A program made the translations under genes and the position numbers. DNA of 63,980 nucleotides, counting the filler, from Octopus bimaculoides (lineage: Eukaryota): assembly GCF_001194135.2 (NCBI RefSeq). It is 7 parts of 6 records of this genome, joined end to end, with 100 filler letters (N's around TTAATTAATTAA, not from the genome) between each part and the next. Parts side by side here need not be neighbours in the genome. Positions count along the whole stretch, not along the records: positions 34,857 to 58,616 come from NC_068981.1; 6 more parts are not named here. One strand, given 5' to 3'. Shown here piece after piece: positions 38,186 through 52,260 of the stretch (positions are counted from its first letter, which is position 1; the number at the start of each line of letters is the position of its first letter). Below the pieces are notes generated by a model, which saw only the letters and a program-made list of their open reading frames with translations, was not told the origin of the DNA and ran no database searches.

Positions 38186-39334
38186 TATACGGTTGGTTGA
38201 TGGTTACATAATGCATATTACATAATCACCACTCATTGTCAGATCTTCAGAATTGTGTAATTATTAAACATAATATTGTCGAAGTTAAAACGTGGCACTA
38301 ATCACCATCGTGATATCTACTGGCACCAGTACTATGCTTAATAATTACATGCCTCTGATGATTTGATAAAGTGAAGATTGTGTAATTTGTATTATGTAAC
38401 CAATAATCACTTTATGTTAAGGAAACGTACGTAAGGTCATTAAGCAAATGTTTTATACGCTATTTCTCATGTTTCTTTCTTTACCTCTAAGTCTACTCTG
38501 AGTATATCTAACCCAGATTTAATAACAAAAGATGAAATAACAGTACGTGAACTGAAGTACATACGGATTTCTTAACACTCATTTGTCAAGCACGTTAAGG
38601 TTTAAATTGAACAGTGCGAATCTATGTGTATGTGTGTATTTTGTAACGTAATAGAATTACCAAAACTATTTTAGATAATTACTCTCCAATACAAACATTA
38701 TACAGCGATAATAATTCTTGAGAATCCAACAGACTTGATCTTAACCTAGCTTTTCTGTGTACCTGTCACTACCTCTATATCAATTTTATACTTTCTCATA
38801 AATCCTGTGATTCCTCGTAATTTATCACGAATCACCGTTGTGTGATAAAAGCTGCTAGAGCCTGAAGTATGTATGTGTGTGTATGTGCGTGCATGTGTGT
38901 GCATGTGTGTGAGTATATGTGTGTGCGTGCGTGTGTGACATTATCATAAAAATACACATTTTATTATATTTTAATCTAAATGTTGTTTTCATTGTTAATT
39001 TTAAACGCTGTCTTTGCTCAAAGTCGACAGCTCTGTATCTGAAGCTTTCATTCACCGTGATCTCTTCCACTCCTACTTCCTGTTTCCATCAATAAATTTT
39101 AATTTTTTGTTACTTCTGCCCGCCAGAGCAGTTATAATTTTAAAGGTATGAAGGAAAAATTCTTCACACATAGCAACGAGAACAAATCAGAGTGCTTTCA
39201 ACTTTCGCTCTTATATCAATTTTGGGTTTTCTTGTGTTTCAAAGTTATTGTGTATTTTAAAGTTATTTCCTTATTTATTAAAGTGCTTTCTTTAAAATTT
39301 AAAGAAAGGGTCATAGACAGACAGACAGACAGAC

Positions 39335-39450
<116 letters not shown>

Positions 39451-40091
39451 CTAAAATTTAAATTGCACTACAAATTATCCATATTTAGAACTCCATTTGG
39501 TGTATGTGTGTGGTGCATTTAATAGTTTTTACACATTTATAAGAAGAATCAGAATTTATAAAACGGCGAGTTTACTTTCGAAGATTTTTACTATATGTTA
39601 AAAATATTTCATTCAAATCTTTCCGATAATAATTGCTGTACCAACATTGTCATGAAAGTGAAAGTTATATTAGCGGGCAGAAATGGCAAAAAAGAATTGA
39701 TCTAAGTTTAATAACGGTGGCAGAAAGTAGTTGTGGTGATGACAGCACTGACTGAAATCTGCAGAGAGTGGGTTGTGAGCAAAGATGATGCTTCAAATTA
39801 ATAAATGGAAGCGTTTTTACTGAAATATATTAAAATTTGAATTTTTAAGATTTTTCTATTGTTTAACATTGACTTGTTAGGAGCTTTTGTCTCATATACA
39901 GGTATACTTACATAACGATCACTATGTGTTGGATTCCAGATAAAGATGTCTTATGTGTTTATTCTTTTGATATTATTCCTTCAGAAATCATTATGATAAA
40001 GGTCGAAGATAAATTTAAAGAATGTTTCAGAGATTAGCTATCAACAAGACATTAGGAAATCTGATTCGTATTGTTTTATTTCCTTCTCCAG

Positions 40092-40206
40092 GAAACCGTT
40101 GTGGTAGAACTTGAAGAACAGAGCCGAAGAATTAAAGAAGAAGCAATAAAATGTAACGCTGAATTGAAGAATTCAACAGATCGAAGTGAAGAATTTCTGA
40201 ATGGAA
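40092..40206 (+). CDS. Internal exon (115 nt, phase 0/1) of a class B (secretin-family) GPCR; N-terminal helix with first conserved Cys
   Basis: ttttatttccttctccag|GAAACC...AATGGAA|gtaaga encodes ETVVVELEEQSRRIKEEAIKCNAELKNSTDRSEEFLNG. The EEQ...C helix resembles PTH-receptor KEEQIFLLHRAQAQC. Its phase-1 end matches the phase-1 start of the exon at 52261 (joined codon AGT, Ser). Confidence 0.75.
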
Positions 40207-40398
40207 GTAAGAACAGTATTATTATACCTATTTCGGTTTGCTGCACGCCAATAAATGTTCTGTTGTTATTCTTTGTAGGGAGAACTGATAATGCTATAAT
40301 CATTATTAGTAGAATAATGCTAAGCATTTTCTTCACAACTTCATATTTTTCTCATATGCGATTTTATAAAAGGTAATTTTGATTAATACTACACTACT

Positions 40399-40635
40399 TC
40401 AAGGCGGTGAGCTGGTAGAAACGTTAGCACGCCGGGCGAAATGCTTAGCGGTATTTCGTCCGCCGTTACGTTCTAAGTTCAAATTCCGCCGTGGTTGACT
40501 TTGCCGTTCATCCTTTCGGGATCGATAAATTAAGTACCAGTTACGCACTGAGGTCGATCTAATCGACTTAATCCCTTTGGCTGTCCTTGTTTGTCCTCTC
40601 TATGTTTAGCCCCTTGTGGGTAATAATGAAATAAG
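40399..40635 (+). mobile_element. tRNA-derived SINE (aggcggtgagctggtagaaacgttagcacgccgggcgaaatgc family)
   Basis: Related copies at ~21868-22050, 40640-40810, 41650-41840 and 51700-51920. Confidence 0.8.
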
Positions 40636-40849
40636 AAATTTTAGCGCAGCGAGTGAAGTATTTAACGACATTTTGTCCGCCTTTAGGTTCTGAGTTCAAA
40701 TCCCGCCGAGGTTGATTTTTCCTTTCATTTTTTCGGGGTCGATAAAATAAATGCCAATCGAGCACTAGGGTCGGCGTAGTCGATTTACCCTTTCTAAAAT
40801 TGCTGGCCTCGTGCCAAAAATAAAATCATTATTTGATTTGTTGTATCTG

Positions 40850-41200
40850 TTGTCTCCTTGATATGTCTATTGAATGTCCCTTTGCGCTGTTGAAGGTGAC
40901 TTAATCAAAATGAAGCATTGGAGCATGATCCCATGATCTTTGTTCATAGAGGCAATGTAGGTTTGGGAACGCTTGTATGCAGGAGGTTCAAAAAGTGTGA
41001 AGGGTGGTATCGTCTGCATAAGCTTGAAGCTCGTCCAAATAACGACATGAGTTTGTGTTCCACGAACTAAGTCGTTAATGTTATTGATAAATTCCAATAT
41101 ATGGCTACTAATTAGCATCCCCTTAAAGTGTGACATGTTATGCCCCGTAAAGAAACCTAAATATTCCGAAAACTGGGTGTAGAGTATTGTTAATCAGAAG
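40850..41200 (-). mobile_element. Decayed LINE reverse-transcriptase fragment
   Basis: Minus strand contains FIN(NI)NDL followed, after a frameshift, by AYADDTTLH. Confidence 0.6.
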
Positions 41201-42890
41201 TAATCTCTCCAGGTTAATGTTCACACATTTTCAATTCCAGATTTAAAACTATTTCAATCCGTTTAAATCTTTGGTGTCATTGAGAAAAGCACACAATATC
41301 TCACTGATTCATTTTAATTCTGCTTCCAACGCCATATAGAAACCCTCGCTAATGTTTAAAACACAGATGTTATTTATACAATCATACTTCATAAACAAAT
41401 GAATTTCTTTTGACAACTAATCCCTGAAAATTTCTTTAATATTTACAATTCAGTCCTAAACAGAAAGATTTATGTAGTCAATATCTTAAGTCTTTTTCCT
41501 ATATCAAAAATAAATAATGTAATAGAAGTTTCGCCATCTTTAGAATTTTCAATGCGAACTGTTATGAGTGGCTTTCTGTAAATACAGGAGTGGAAAACAA
41601 TCGATTGAATCAGCTCCCAGTATATTATTTGTTCCTTTTGTTGAACACGAGCGGGTAAAATGCGGACGAAATCCTTAGCGGTATTTCGTCTGCTGCTACA
41701 TACTGAGTTCAAACTCCGCCGAAGTCAATTTTGCCTGTCATCCTTTCAGGGTCGATACATTAAGTACCAGTCAAGTACAAGGGTCGATGTGATCGATTGT
41801 CCCCTCCCCACAAAAATCCAGGCCTTATACCTATAGTAAAAAGGATTATTATTATTATTATTGTTGTTGTTGCTGCTGTTGTTCTTATAGATAAATAAAT
41901 ATGCATGCATATAAGTATTACGTACATGTGTATATTCATGTGTGTTTGTGAATGCGTATGCCTATGTGCCTGCATACGAATGTATCTTTCCCTGGTGTAT
42001 ATCGGTGAATAATACAAACATCGGCAAAAAAAAACCGAAAGACCAGAGCTTTTCACACGAAGTCCTTTGCTACATTTGTTTAGCAACAAGATACAGACTC
42101 CTTGTTTTCGCTCCAGCCATCAGAAATGCACGGAACCGGTTAGAAAATTGTAATAAATGATGCAATAGTTCACCACTTGCTATATAAAATAACTGAGTGA
42201 TATATATTCCTCAACTTACTTTGTCTACTGCTCTTACAATCCGGCAATCATCCGACATTTTTCAAAAGTATTTCCCCAATAGTATATCTTTTTGTTATAA
42301 AATAGAAACTTATTAACGCAATGCTAAAAGAAAAATCAAATGACACCAGAACGGCGTATAATATACGTTACACAAAGTAGCAATAAAATCTAACTGAAAA
42401 TCGAACGACTATTAGTCTATAACTATCGTTTAATAAAACTGAACATTTTGTATATTTTTAAAGTTTGTAAAAATCTGATTATACAGAAGTTCGTCCAAGT
42501 TTATGCTGTTGTTTTGGTTGCTGTTTATTGCACTGAAGTAATCAGGAGACGACATAAAATCGATGAACATTGAAAATGTTTTATTTACGAAGACTTTATG
42601 AAGACGTCTTGTTTCACGAATAATTGACTGACTATCTTTGACTTGTTCGTCACACAGATTGAAAATAACTCTACACACACACAGACACACACACATGTGA
42701 AAGACAAACATAGCCTTATATAAATGTGTGCGTACATATATGTAAATATGTGTGAGTGTGTAATATATATNNNNNNNNNNNNNNNNNNNNNNNNNNNNNN
42801 NNNNNNNNNNNNNNNNNNNNNNNNNNNNNNNNNNNNNNNNNNNNNNNNNNNNNNNNNNNNNNNNNNNNNNNNNNNNNNNNNNNATATATA

Positions 42891-42926
<36 letters not shown>

Positions 42927-43975
42927 CGAGGGATGCTCATTAAAGATTTCCCCTGACCCACTTCCCAAGGATTGAGATAAATGAAACTTGGCACAATTAT
43001 TAGACCTCTACATAGCTACCACCAATAGTGACACACTTCTCCCGTCGCTTTATGCAGCTATGAAGACCTCGGAATAAGTTCACCATAATCCGAAAAGTGC
43101 TTTCCCTTCAAAAAAGATTTCATGTTTGGAAAGAGATGGAAATCAGACGGTGCGAGGTCGGAGGAGTAAGGGTGATGAGGAAGGATTTCATAGCCGCAGA
43201 AGCGTGCTTTCATCTGGGCAACATGCGTATTGTGAACTAGAGCATTGTCTTTGAAGAGGCGAATTGTTTTGGTCAGCATATCACGCCTCTCTGCTATGAT
43301 GGCGTCCCGAAATTTCTGCAGCAGAGAAGCATATGCTCTGTTAATTGTGATGCCCTTTGCAGAAATAGTCCTCCTCGTTTTCAAAACAGCCTGGGAGTAA
43401 TTGATTCGTTCCTACTTCTGAGAAGGCGTGAGCATCCGGGTAATCCACCGTGCAGACAACATCGGCATGTGCAAATGGTCGTGAATGATTTTTTCCACGA
43501 ACCTTACACTTATCTTCACTTCTTGGGCTAGTTTCCTAAAACGTTATGCAGCGATCTTCCAAAATGGCGGTTTCCACTTTATAGATGGTGTCACCATCAG
43601 TGGCTGGATGTGGTCGTCCAGGAATAGGCGCAGTTTCCACCGATGTCCGTCAACATTTGAACTGGTGATACCAGTGTTTGACTACGTCTTATGATGGTGC
43701 ATCGTCATCATAAACTTCTTTCATCTTGTCGAAAGTCCCTTTTGGTGTACGACCTTTCAAGTACGACCTGATCACTGATCTGCATTCAACTGCCTCCATT
43801 ATAACACCTTAGTCCACTTCAGCAGCCGTAAAAGACAAACGAACACTAGTGGAATAGTGGAAAACTGCAATTTACAATGTGACTTGTAGAGACATGTATT
43901 ATTATACCTGTACAAGTTCCGTTTCCTGCAATAACCGGAAGTGGGTCAGGGGAAATCTTTAATGAACACCCCACG
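42927..43975 (-). mobile_element. Mariner (DD34D) DNA transposon, near full length, decayed, spanning from TIR to TIR
   Basis: 39-bp TIRs CGAGGGATGCTCATTAAAGATTTCCCCTGACCCACTTCC / reverse complement CGTGGGGTGTTCATTAAAGATTTCCCCTGACCCACTTCC; TA TSD on both sides; transposase motif HHPYSSDLAPSDFHLFPNMKSFLKGKHF. Confidence 0.92.
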
Positions 43976-44782
43976 TATGTATGTATATTACAGGACTCAA
44001 TAAAGTCAGGACAGGGTAGTGTATTATTTTATACATAATAACAAAAAGGCTCGATCTACCTGCTGAAGATTGGAAACTAGTAACTCTGAGTACTGGAAAT
44101 TGGAGCCTCATGCTGAAAAGTTAATCTCTACAGATTTTTTTCTCTCTCCGTTTTTTCGTTCCCTTTCCATTNNNNNNNNNNNNNNNNNNNNNNNNNNNNN
44201 NNNNNNNNNNNNNNNNNNNNNNNNNNNNNNNNNNNNNNNNNNNNNNNNNNNNNNNNNNNNNNNNNNNNNNNNNNNNNNNNNNNNNNNNNNNNNNNNNNNN
44301 NNNNNNNNNNNNNNNNNNNNNNNNNNNNNNNNNNNNNNNNNNNNNNNNNNNNNNNNNNNNNNNNNNNNNNNNNNNNNNNNNNNNNNNNNNNNNNNNNNNN
44401 NNNNNNNNNNNNNNNNNNNNNNNNNNNNNNNNNNNNNNNNNNNNNNNNNNNNNNNNNNNNNNNNNNNNNNNNNNNNNNNNNNNNNNNNNNNNNNNNNNNN
44501 NNNNNNNNNNNNNNNNNNNNNNNNNNNNNNNNNNNNNNNTATATATATATAATACAAATAATAAGAAAATGGAGAAAAACATAGATTAGCCAATACATAG
44601 ATAAGACCACATTTAAAGCTTGTTTATTGATACAAAGCAAGACATAACATGTCCGTTTGAATATGACTTACTTTCAGGTGTCCTTTACACCAAGTGCATA
44701 GAAAATATATTCTCTTACGCCTAAAAATTGCAGCCGACCCACGGACTAACAACACACATACCTCGTGTATATGAGTTTTTGC

Positions 44783-44827
<45 letters not shown>

Positions 44828-46684
44828 GAGATTAATATATGAATTGGTAATGATTAGTGATCTTATGTAAATAAGAAACTCTAGGGATATAACGAAATTT
44901 TGATAGGTGCCCCACTATGGTCCCACGCGGATGGCTGATATAAGTAGAAGAGTAATTTAACAGTATGGAGGATATATAGAACATTGACCGATCTTGAACT
45001 TCCCAATCACATGCTTTCGTGATCGGTTCCACTGCGTAGCACCTTGAACAAGTGTCTTCTACGATAGCACTAGACCGTTTAGTTTGTGGGTTTAGTAGAA
45101 AAAAGCCCTTTGTATATATTTGTGTGTGTGTGTATGTTTGCATGTATGTATGTTTGTATGCGTGTATGTATTTATGCACGAATATATGCATCAATGTGTG
45201 AATGTATATGTGTGTGTTTGTATCTCCTTGTCTTGATATTGCGTGATTATAAATGAATGACATTCATTTCCAATATTCTGCGAAAACATGCCTGGCAATG
45301 GGGAAGTATTACATTACTTTCTTATAGGTAAAGTTTGCTGAAAGTAAAGGCATCTGACTGTAGAAGATCTGCTTTAAATGATTCTGACCGACTCATGCAG
45401 GCATAGAAAAGTGGACGTTAAAACGATGATGATGACGATACTCTTACTGCAACAATACGAACCAAAGAGAGAAACTCTACGTAACTTCTCAACATGCCAG
45501 AAAGAGCAGCCACTCATGTTCCTAATCACACCCTATGGTCACGCTATTGGATAATTTAGATTATGGTAAACTATGTCTCAAAGTAGAACTGGAAAGGTAT
45601 ATCTGGAACGCTTTTGGCCGTAGATCTCATCGATTAGAGCCAACTTGAGTCAAAACAAGATACCAGCAACAACAATAACAGTAACAACAAAAGCAACTAC
45701 AATACCAGCAACAATAACCCAGCCTTTCAAGAGTATAAAGAGGATTAAAGCATTTATACAGCCCATCTTTCCTTTTAACAGTTTAAGAAGATAGAAATAT
45801 CGTGTAATTGACGAGGAGACAATTTCAGATCTGTAACGTAAAAAACATGTAGTAAGGATGATGAGTTGTAATGAAAATATGGAAACAATAATGCTCAAAA
45901 ATCTTTTTTACAAGCATAATATTCATAATATATATTATTAGCGTCATGAGGGCTTGTATGTTTTGAAGGACGTCAATACCAGAATCGTTTTCCCTTAAGT
46001 GACACTAGCAAGTGAGAACGAGGACAAGATTCTGGTAGAGAATGCAGGCCCAAATATCTTCCCATCATATTAATATTCAGTCAATACCTAGTGACTCTAG
46101 TGGTTGACGTGTATGCACATCTTTTCAAAAAAGATTTGCATAGGTGAACTTCACTGCATTCGTTCAACCTGCTGCAGACAGCAACCAAATCTTCCTTAAA
46201 TCATACCCTACCGGCTAAAAACCTGGAATAACATGTCGAATAATGTAGTCTTGGATGCAATGCCTGAAAATAAAATGAATGCGATGGTCATTGTTGAAAT
46301 ACTTTTGATCAAAGTTATTTTCCTTCAGAGTTCACATGGTTTTCTTCCTTCAAATTTCAGTCACGAAGCTTTGAGTAATCTTAGGTTATGATAGAAGATA
46401 CTTTGCCAAAGGCATCATACAGTAATTGTTCAGAATAACTTTTACCAAGAACATTGTATAACAGACATGATTCTTAAATAATTCCAGTAATAGCGAATTG
46501 TATAACTAAAATACAAAGGTACAGCAGATATGGCAGTGTGGTTAAGAAGTTCGCTTCGCAACCATTTACTTTCGGCAAATTGGACAAGTCTCTTCCACTA
46601 TAGTTCCGAGCTTACCAAAGCATTATGAGCGAGTTTGGTAGACAGAAATTGCATAGAAGCCCCACATGTGCGGACCTATTTTTT

Positions 46685-46718
<34 letters not shown>

Positions 46719-48829
46719 CGCCACTACTTGACAACAATAGTTGGTCTGTTTATGTCCCTGTAACTTAGCGGCTCGGTAAAAGAACACGAGAGAAAGTACT
46801 AGATTTTTTAAAATATATAAGTATCGGGATCAAATAGTAAACCCCTCAAGATGGTGCCTCAGTATGGCTGCAGTTCGATGACTGAAACAAAGTAAAAGAA
46901 TTAAGAAAGAATAAAGAAAATATTTTAGAGATATTTTTCATTCTTGGTTTTTGTGATGACTTAGACAAAAACATTAACAATGGTTAATCGTTTTCGAAAT
47001 AAAGTTCATCGACACAACCAGGTCCAGGAAAACCTTCATTACCTAGCAGTATTCCAGTGAATTAATACTTTAATATAAGAATACAATAGCTCCTAATGAA
47101 ACTTAAATGATTTTTCAAAATGTCTGACTCATTCAAACAAATCTGAATACTATTCGCCTTCTGGTTGAGAAATAACAGCAACAATAACAATAACAGCAAC
47201 AAATTAACATGTTATGCATTATACAGTAAAGAATAACACGTAAAAGTTGTATGGTATCTCATTTCGGAATATTTTATACTTTTCAAATATCTATAATGAG
47301 AAAAAAAAACAAATAAAATAATATTAATACATTTATCACGAAGCATTTTTACCAAATACTGGGGTGTAAAATATGTTATTTACATATAATGTGCAAATAG
47401 TATATTTATTCTTAAAATCATGTTAACTAATCAAGGAATAAATTATACAATACAGTAATTATACAGTAAGAAATTATACAATACAAAATATTTAGTGTTT
47501 ATAATTATTCATATTTTAAAAATTTAACTTCATGCATAAAGTAAATTCCTGTTTAATTCATATATGGTCTTAGTGATGAAATAATTCAGGCGCCAAGTCA
47601 GCAACTTAAGGGAAAAGTTAGCCCCAAATAAAAAAACTAATAAAATATTGGCCCCAATATTTTATTGGTCTTTTTATTGAATCTGGAAGGAGAAAGGGAA
47701 AAGTTAAGATTTGAACTTAGGATGTAAAGAGCCGGGACAGACGTCGTTAGACGCCTTGTTCGACGCTCTAACGATTCCGACCAACCACCGCTCTTGGTGA
47801 CGAATAATAATATGGTGACGATATAATGAGAATTAACAACAAATATATTGGGCTTCCCATAAGAAAACCAATATGTGGTGTGTTTCACGTGGCAAACAAA
47901 GTATATTTAGCTCTAATTCGCAAAAAGTTTGTAGTCTGTACGTCTCAACAAGGAATTATCACAATCTATAGGAATACGCCACAATAGCTCCTATTCGCAA
48001 GAAAAATAGCCTTGATGAATAAGCTTGTGTTAGAGTTAGGAAGGCGCATCTTTTGAAGTGAGTATATTTATTAAATGTAAGTCTATATATTAGTAACTAG
48101 AGAAAGTATGTATACTTGTTATTCTTCGTAATTAACAGTTATTTCAAATTTTCCGAAAGCCTGGACTGACATGAAAGTTTTCAACTAACACTAATAGTAT
48201 TCTTTAAACTACGAAATTCAATAACCACGATAGTTTTACGTATTCTGGAGACCCCGATCAACCCTAACTCAAGTTTATTGACCACATACAAAAATAAATT
48301 TTTCATCCACACCGAATGTCTAGACCGAATAAATACTGGTCTTAATTTAGGTACTATTTCAAGGTGACGAGCTGGCGGAATCGCTAAGATCATCGTAAAA
48401 ATGCCTTACGGTATTCTCCCGACTCTTAAAGTACGAGATAAGTACTGGTGTCCATAGAATTTCGGTCTTTGGGCCTATATTATAGAGAATTTAGGTGCTA
48501 GTAGTCCTGCGGTGAAGGGAGATAATGGAACATGTCCGTTTGCCCAGCTGCACGTTTGTAATGGTAAATTTGCACATAAGCAGCTTGAGTTATTGTCGCT
48601 TCTATTTCAAACGATGGCGATGCATCCATTTCCCTGCTTATTTTGAAGCTTGACCAATTTTGGGCTAACAAATAAACCTGCGATTGATGGATGTGCACTC
48701 TATGTTATCCATGGCAGCACAAGAAATTTACAACTTTGTATGAAGTTGTCGTACTCTGATGCATGTGGATTCCTACAAGATGTGTGTGTCTGTCTGTTTG
48801 TGTGTCTGTCTAACTGTCTGTGTGCATTT

Positions 48830-49600
48830 AAGAAGATTTCAGACGTTTTCAGGAAACACATTTATTAATTTCAAAGAAATACAATTTCTAATTTCCTATA
48901 AAATAAGATTCTCTAACTTCAATGAAATTGTTGTAGTGTCCCACCCACTTCGTAAAGGACTCCTGGTTGCTCTCCAATGTGAATGCGTCCAAGAATCTTC
49001 TCATAGCCTCCTTCATCTTCAAAGCGACTACTCCTGAGGTGCTCCTTCGGCTTGAGGAACAACGAAGAGTCATAGGGAGCGAGATCTGGACTGTAGGGAG
49101 GTTGAGGGACAGTTTTGCCCATATCTGTCAATTAGTTTGTTACCAGGATACTCGTCATTAAACTCGCTAGCAACAAACTTTGCACAAATTTTGCGCATGC
49201 TCAGATCTTCATGAATAATTCTGAGTATAGTTACCACACCAACTCCAAACTGAATGCTTATTACCCTAAGAGATACAAATTTTCATCCAGAAAATTGCGA
49301 ATTTTCTTCACCAGCATTGATGTTCTGACTTTCTTCCCCGCCCCACATACACACTTTTTATCACATTTGCCTCCTCTCCTGTCCATGAACCTCTTATGTC
49401 TGCGAAAAAGCTTACCCATAAGCTGTCTAGAACATTTCATAAGTTTCTCTAGCGCGTTTGCCCAGTTCTACACTGAACACTATTGCTTTCCGAGTTTTCA
49501 AACGTGACTACATCCCGAAACCTAGTCGGTTGTAACAAGCAGTGCTTAGTAAGGTGTTCAAAGTGATGTTACAGGCGTCTCCTTCAATATGGAATAGTAA
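48830..49600 (-). mobile_element. Decayed mariner transposon
   Basis: RKAIVFSVELGKRARETYEMF*TAYG at the 5' end; PQPPYSPDLAPYDSSLFLKPKEHL..RF at the 3' end. Boundaries are approximate. Confidence 0.8.
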
Positions 49601-50874
49601 AAGTTGGCATGTCAGCTTATTAGATGTGTAGTAACGATATACTAAAATTACAAAAATCTACATTTATAAGTGTCTCTCTAAGAAAAGTCTCAAAACTTTT
49701 AGAATGTATCTCATTTACATATATTTATATAGAGAGAGAAAGGGAGGAGGAGGTGTATATTTATCATGAAAATAGGCAGACAGAAATAACCAATGGCATA
49801 TATTTGAACAACGTAAACAAAGATATATAGAATGCGACACATTGTCAATTCTTGATTTACTGAAATTATGTTCGCGTCATTTGGTGATAATTCAGAACAA
49901 TTTTAAATGAGAAACGCAAATAATATTGCAAATCAAAAATTCTCCAAAAATGACTTATGAATTAAACGACTATCCGAAGACAAGAGGACGACTGTGTACA
50001 CGTGTTTCTGTCTTAGTAGGCGTCGTTAACACGGCATTTCCCCACCAATTTGTAGCATAACTAGACGCTCAAACATACACAAAAATGTGTGTGCGCGTAC
50101 AAGTGTATGTATGAGTCTGAATGTAAATTTGTATGTGCATGCATATCTGTGTATATGTATATACAAATGTTTATATGTATATGATTATATTCACGTATGC
50201 AATTTCTTCCCTTCTCTCCCACTCTCATGTATAAATATATAGTCTCTCCTTGAATTAGGTGTTTGTTACTGGATGCGTCATTACCGTCACTACGCATGAA
50301 TATATATATACACACATATTGTCTGTGTTTGTATATATATACACACACACAAGCAACAGTGTGGTTTCTAAAATATTACGCAGTGTTGAGTCACTCCTGA
50401 CAGTCAAAATCTTCTATGTCTGAAATGCTAACCAGCTGTTGTGAATGTAATAGCTGACAGAAGTCTATTTGTAGCCACTCTCCTTCAATGACACGGAAAA
50501 TCAAATTATAAGCAATACATCATTGAAAATCTATAAAGCTGGAATGTCTATATACAAGCATGCATACACGTATACAACGTATATACATTATATATATATA
50601 TATATATATGCGTGCATGTGAGCGTAAATATGTTTACACACATATATAATGATAGAGACAGAAAATGTAATATACGAGAAACTTTATTGCTCTCAACTAT
50701 CGTTTCAGCCTATCCTGCATCGATCCCTCGCAGCTAGGATAGTGTGCAACTGGTTGTGATGCATCGCTCGATGCAGAAGTGTCTCGTCAGGTGATGTTAT
50801 GAGTGGTACATCGTTAAATAAACCCTGTTTCGTTCAGTTCTAATACACTATACTGTCAGTGACCGTAGGTTTAA

Positions 50875-50922
<48 letters not shown>

Positions 50923-51333
50923 NNNNNNNNNNNNNNNNNNNNNNNNNNNNNNNNNNNNNNNNNNNNNNNNNNNNNNNNNNNNNNNNNNNNNNNNNNNNNN
51001 NNNNNNNNNNNNNNNNNNNNNNNNNNNNNNNNNNNNNNNNNNNNNNNNNNNNNNNNNNNNNNNNNNNNNNNNNNNNNNNNNNNNNNNNNNNNNNNNNNNN
51101 NNNNNNNNNNNNNNNNNNNNNNNNNNNNNNNNNNNNNNNNNNNNNNNNNNNNNNNNNNNNNNNNNNNNNNNNNNNNNNNNNNNNNNNNNNNNNNNNNNNN
51201 NNNNNNNNNNNNNNNNNNNNNNNNNNNNNNNNNNNNNNNNNNNNNNNNNNNNNNNNNNNNNNNNNNNNNNNNNNNNNNNNNNNNNNNNNNNNNNNNNNNN
51301 NNNNNNNNNNNNNNNNNNNNNNNNNNNNNNNNN

Positions 51334-51393
<60 letters not shown>

Positions 51394-52260
51394 CGTGCGC
51401 GTGTGTGTGTGTGTAAAATATGTGTGTTTGTGTGGCTGTGTAGCTAAGTAATTGCGAAATAAAGGAGTTTCGAGTTGGAATCTACTGTGTGTCATCCTTG
51501 GACAAGTTTCTAATACCAAAATTACCGAACTCGCTGCTCGACCCTATATTTTGTGAATGTATTCGGCGAGATGGAATTTGTATGAATTGGGGAGCAAGAT
51601 CATCAGATAAATTGTTCGTGTAATTCCAAAGTCCAGCCTTGGTACACAGTGAGTGAGTATAACGTCAAATATACATTGAGATTTTAGATGTAGATAGCTC
51701 AAGGTGGTGAGCTGAAAGAAATCGTTGCCGCACCGAACGAAACTGCCTTGCAGCATCTTTTTTTTCTTTAGCTTTAAGTTATGAGTTCAAATGCCACCGG
51801 GATCGACTTTTCTTAACATCCTTTCGTATCAATAAAATAAGTCCAGATTGAGCACTGGGGGGGGGGGTTGATATAATCGACTAGCACTCTCCCACAAATT
51901 TTCAGGCTTTGTACATGTAGTAGAAAGTCTACAGCAGAAACGAATATGTAGATAGTTCGGTCGAACAAACAATTGTAGAAACTATCGTTGACAGTGACGG
52001 AGGATCCACTTTATATTACGAAACCATTACGTTAAAAAATGATTTCGAAGTGTCTACGTTTTCTGGCAATGAATATCAATTTCATTTCTTGTTCATTTTG
52101 TTCTTCTTGCATTATTTCTTTATATTTCTCTCTCTATCTCTATCTCTATCTCTATCTCTCTTTCTCTTCATTCCTTCGCTTATTTGTATCTTTCTTTATA
52201 TTTTATTAAGTTGATTCTTTGCTATGTTTGATTACTCTTTTCTTTCTGCCTTCCAATCAG

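Noticed and set aside
42090-42135. CTGATGG...GCGAAA hammerhead-like string on the minus strand (similar weak cases at ~20128, ~38358, ~44063 and ~63015)
   Set aside because: Core or stems are incomplete; stem I does not pair.
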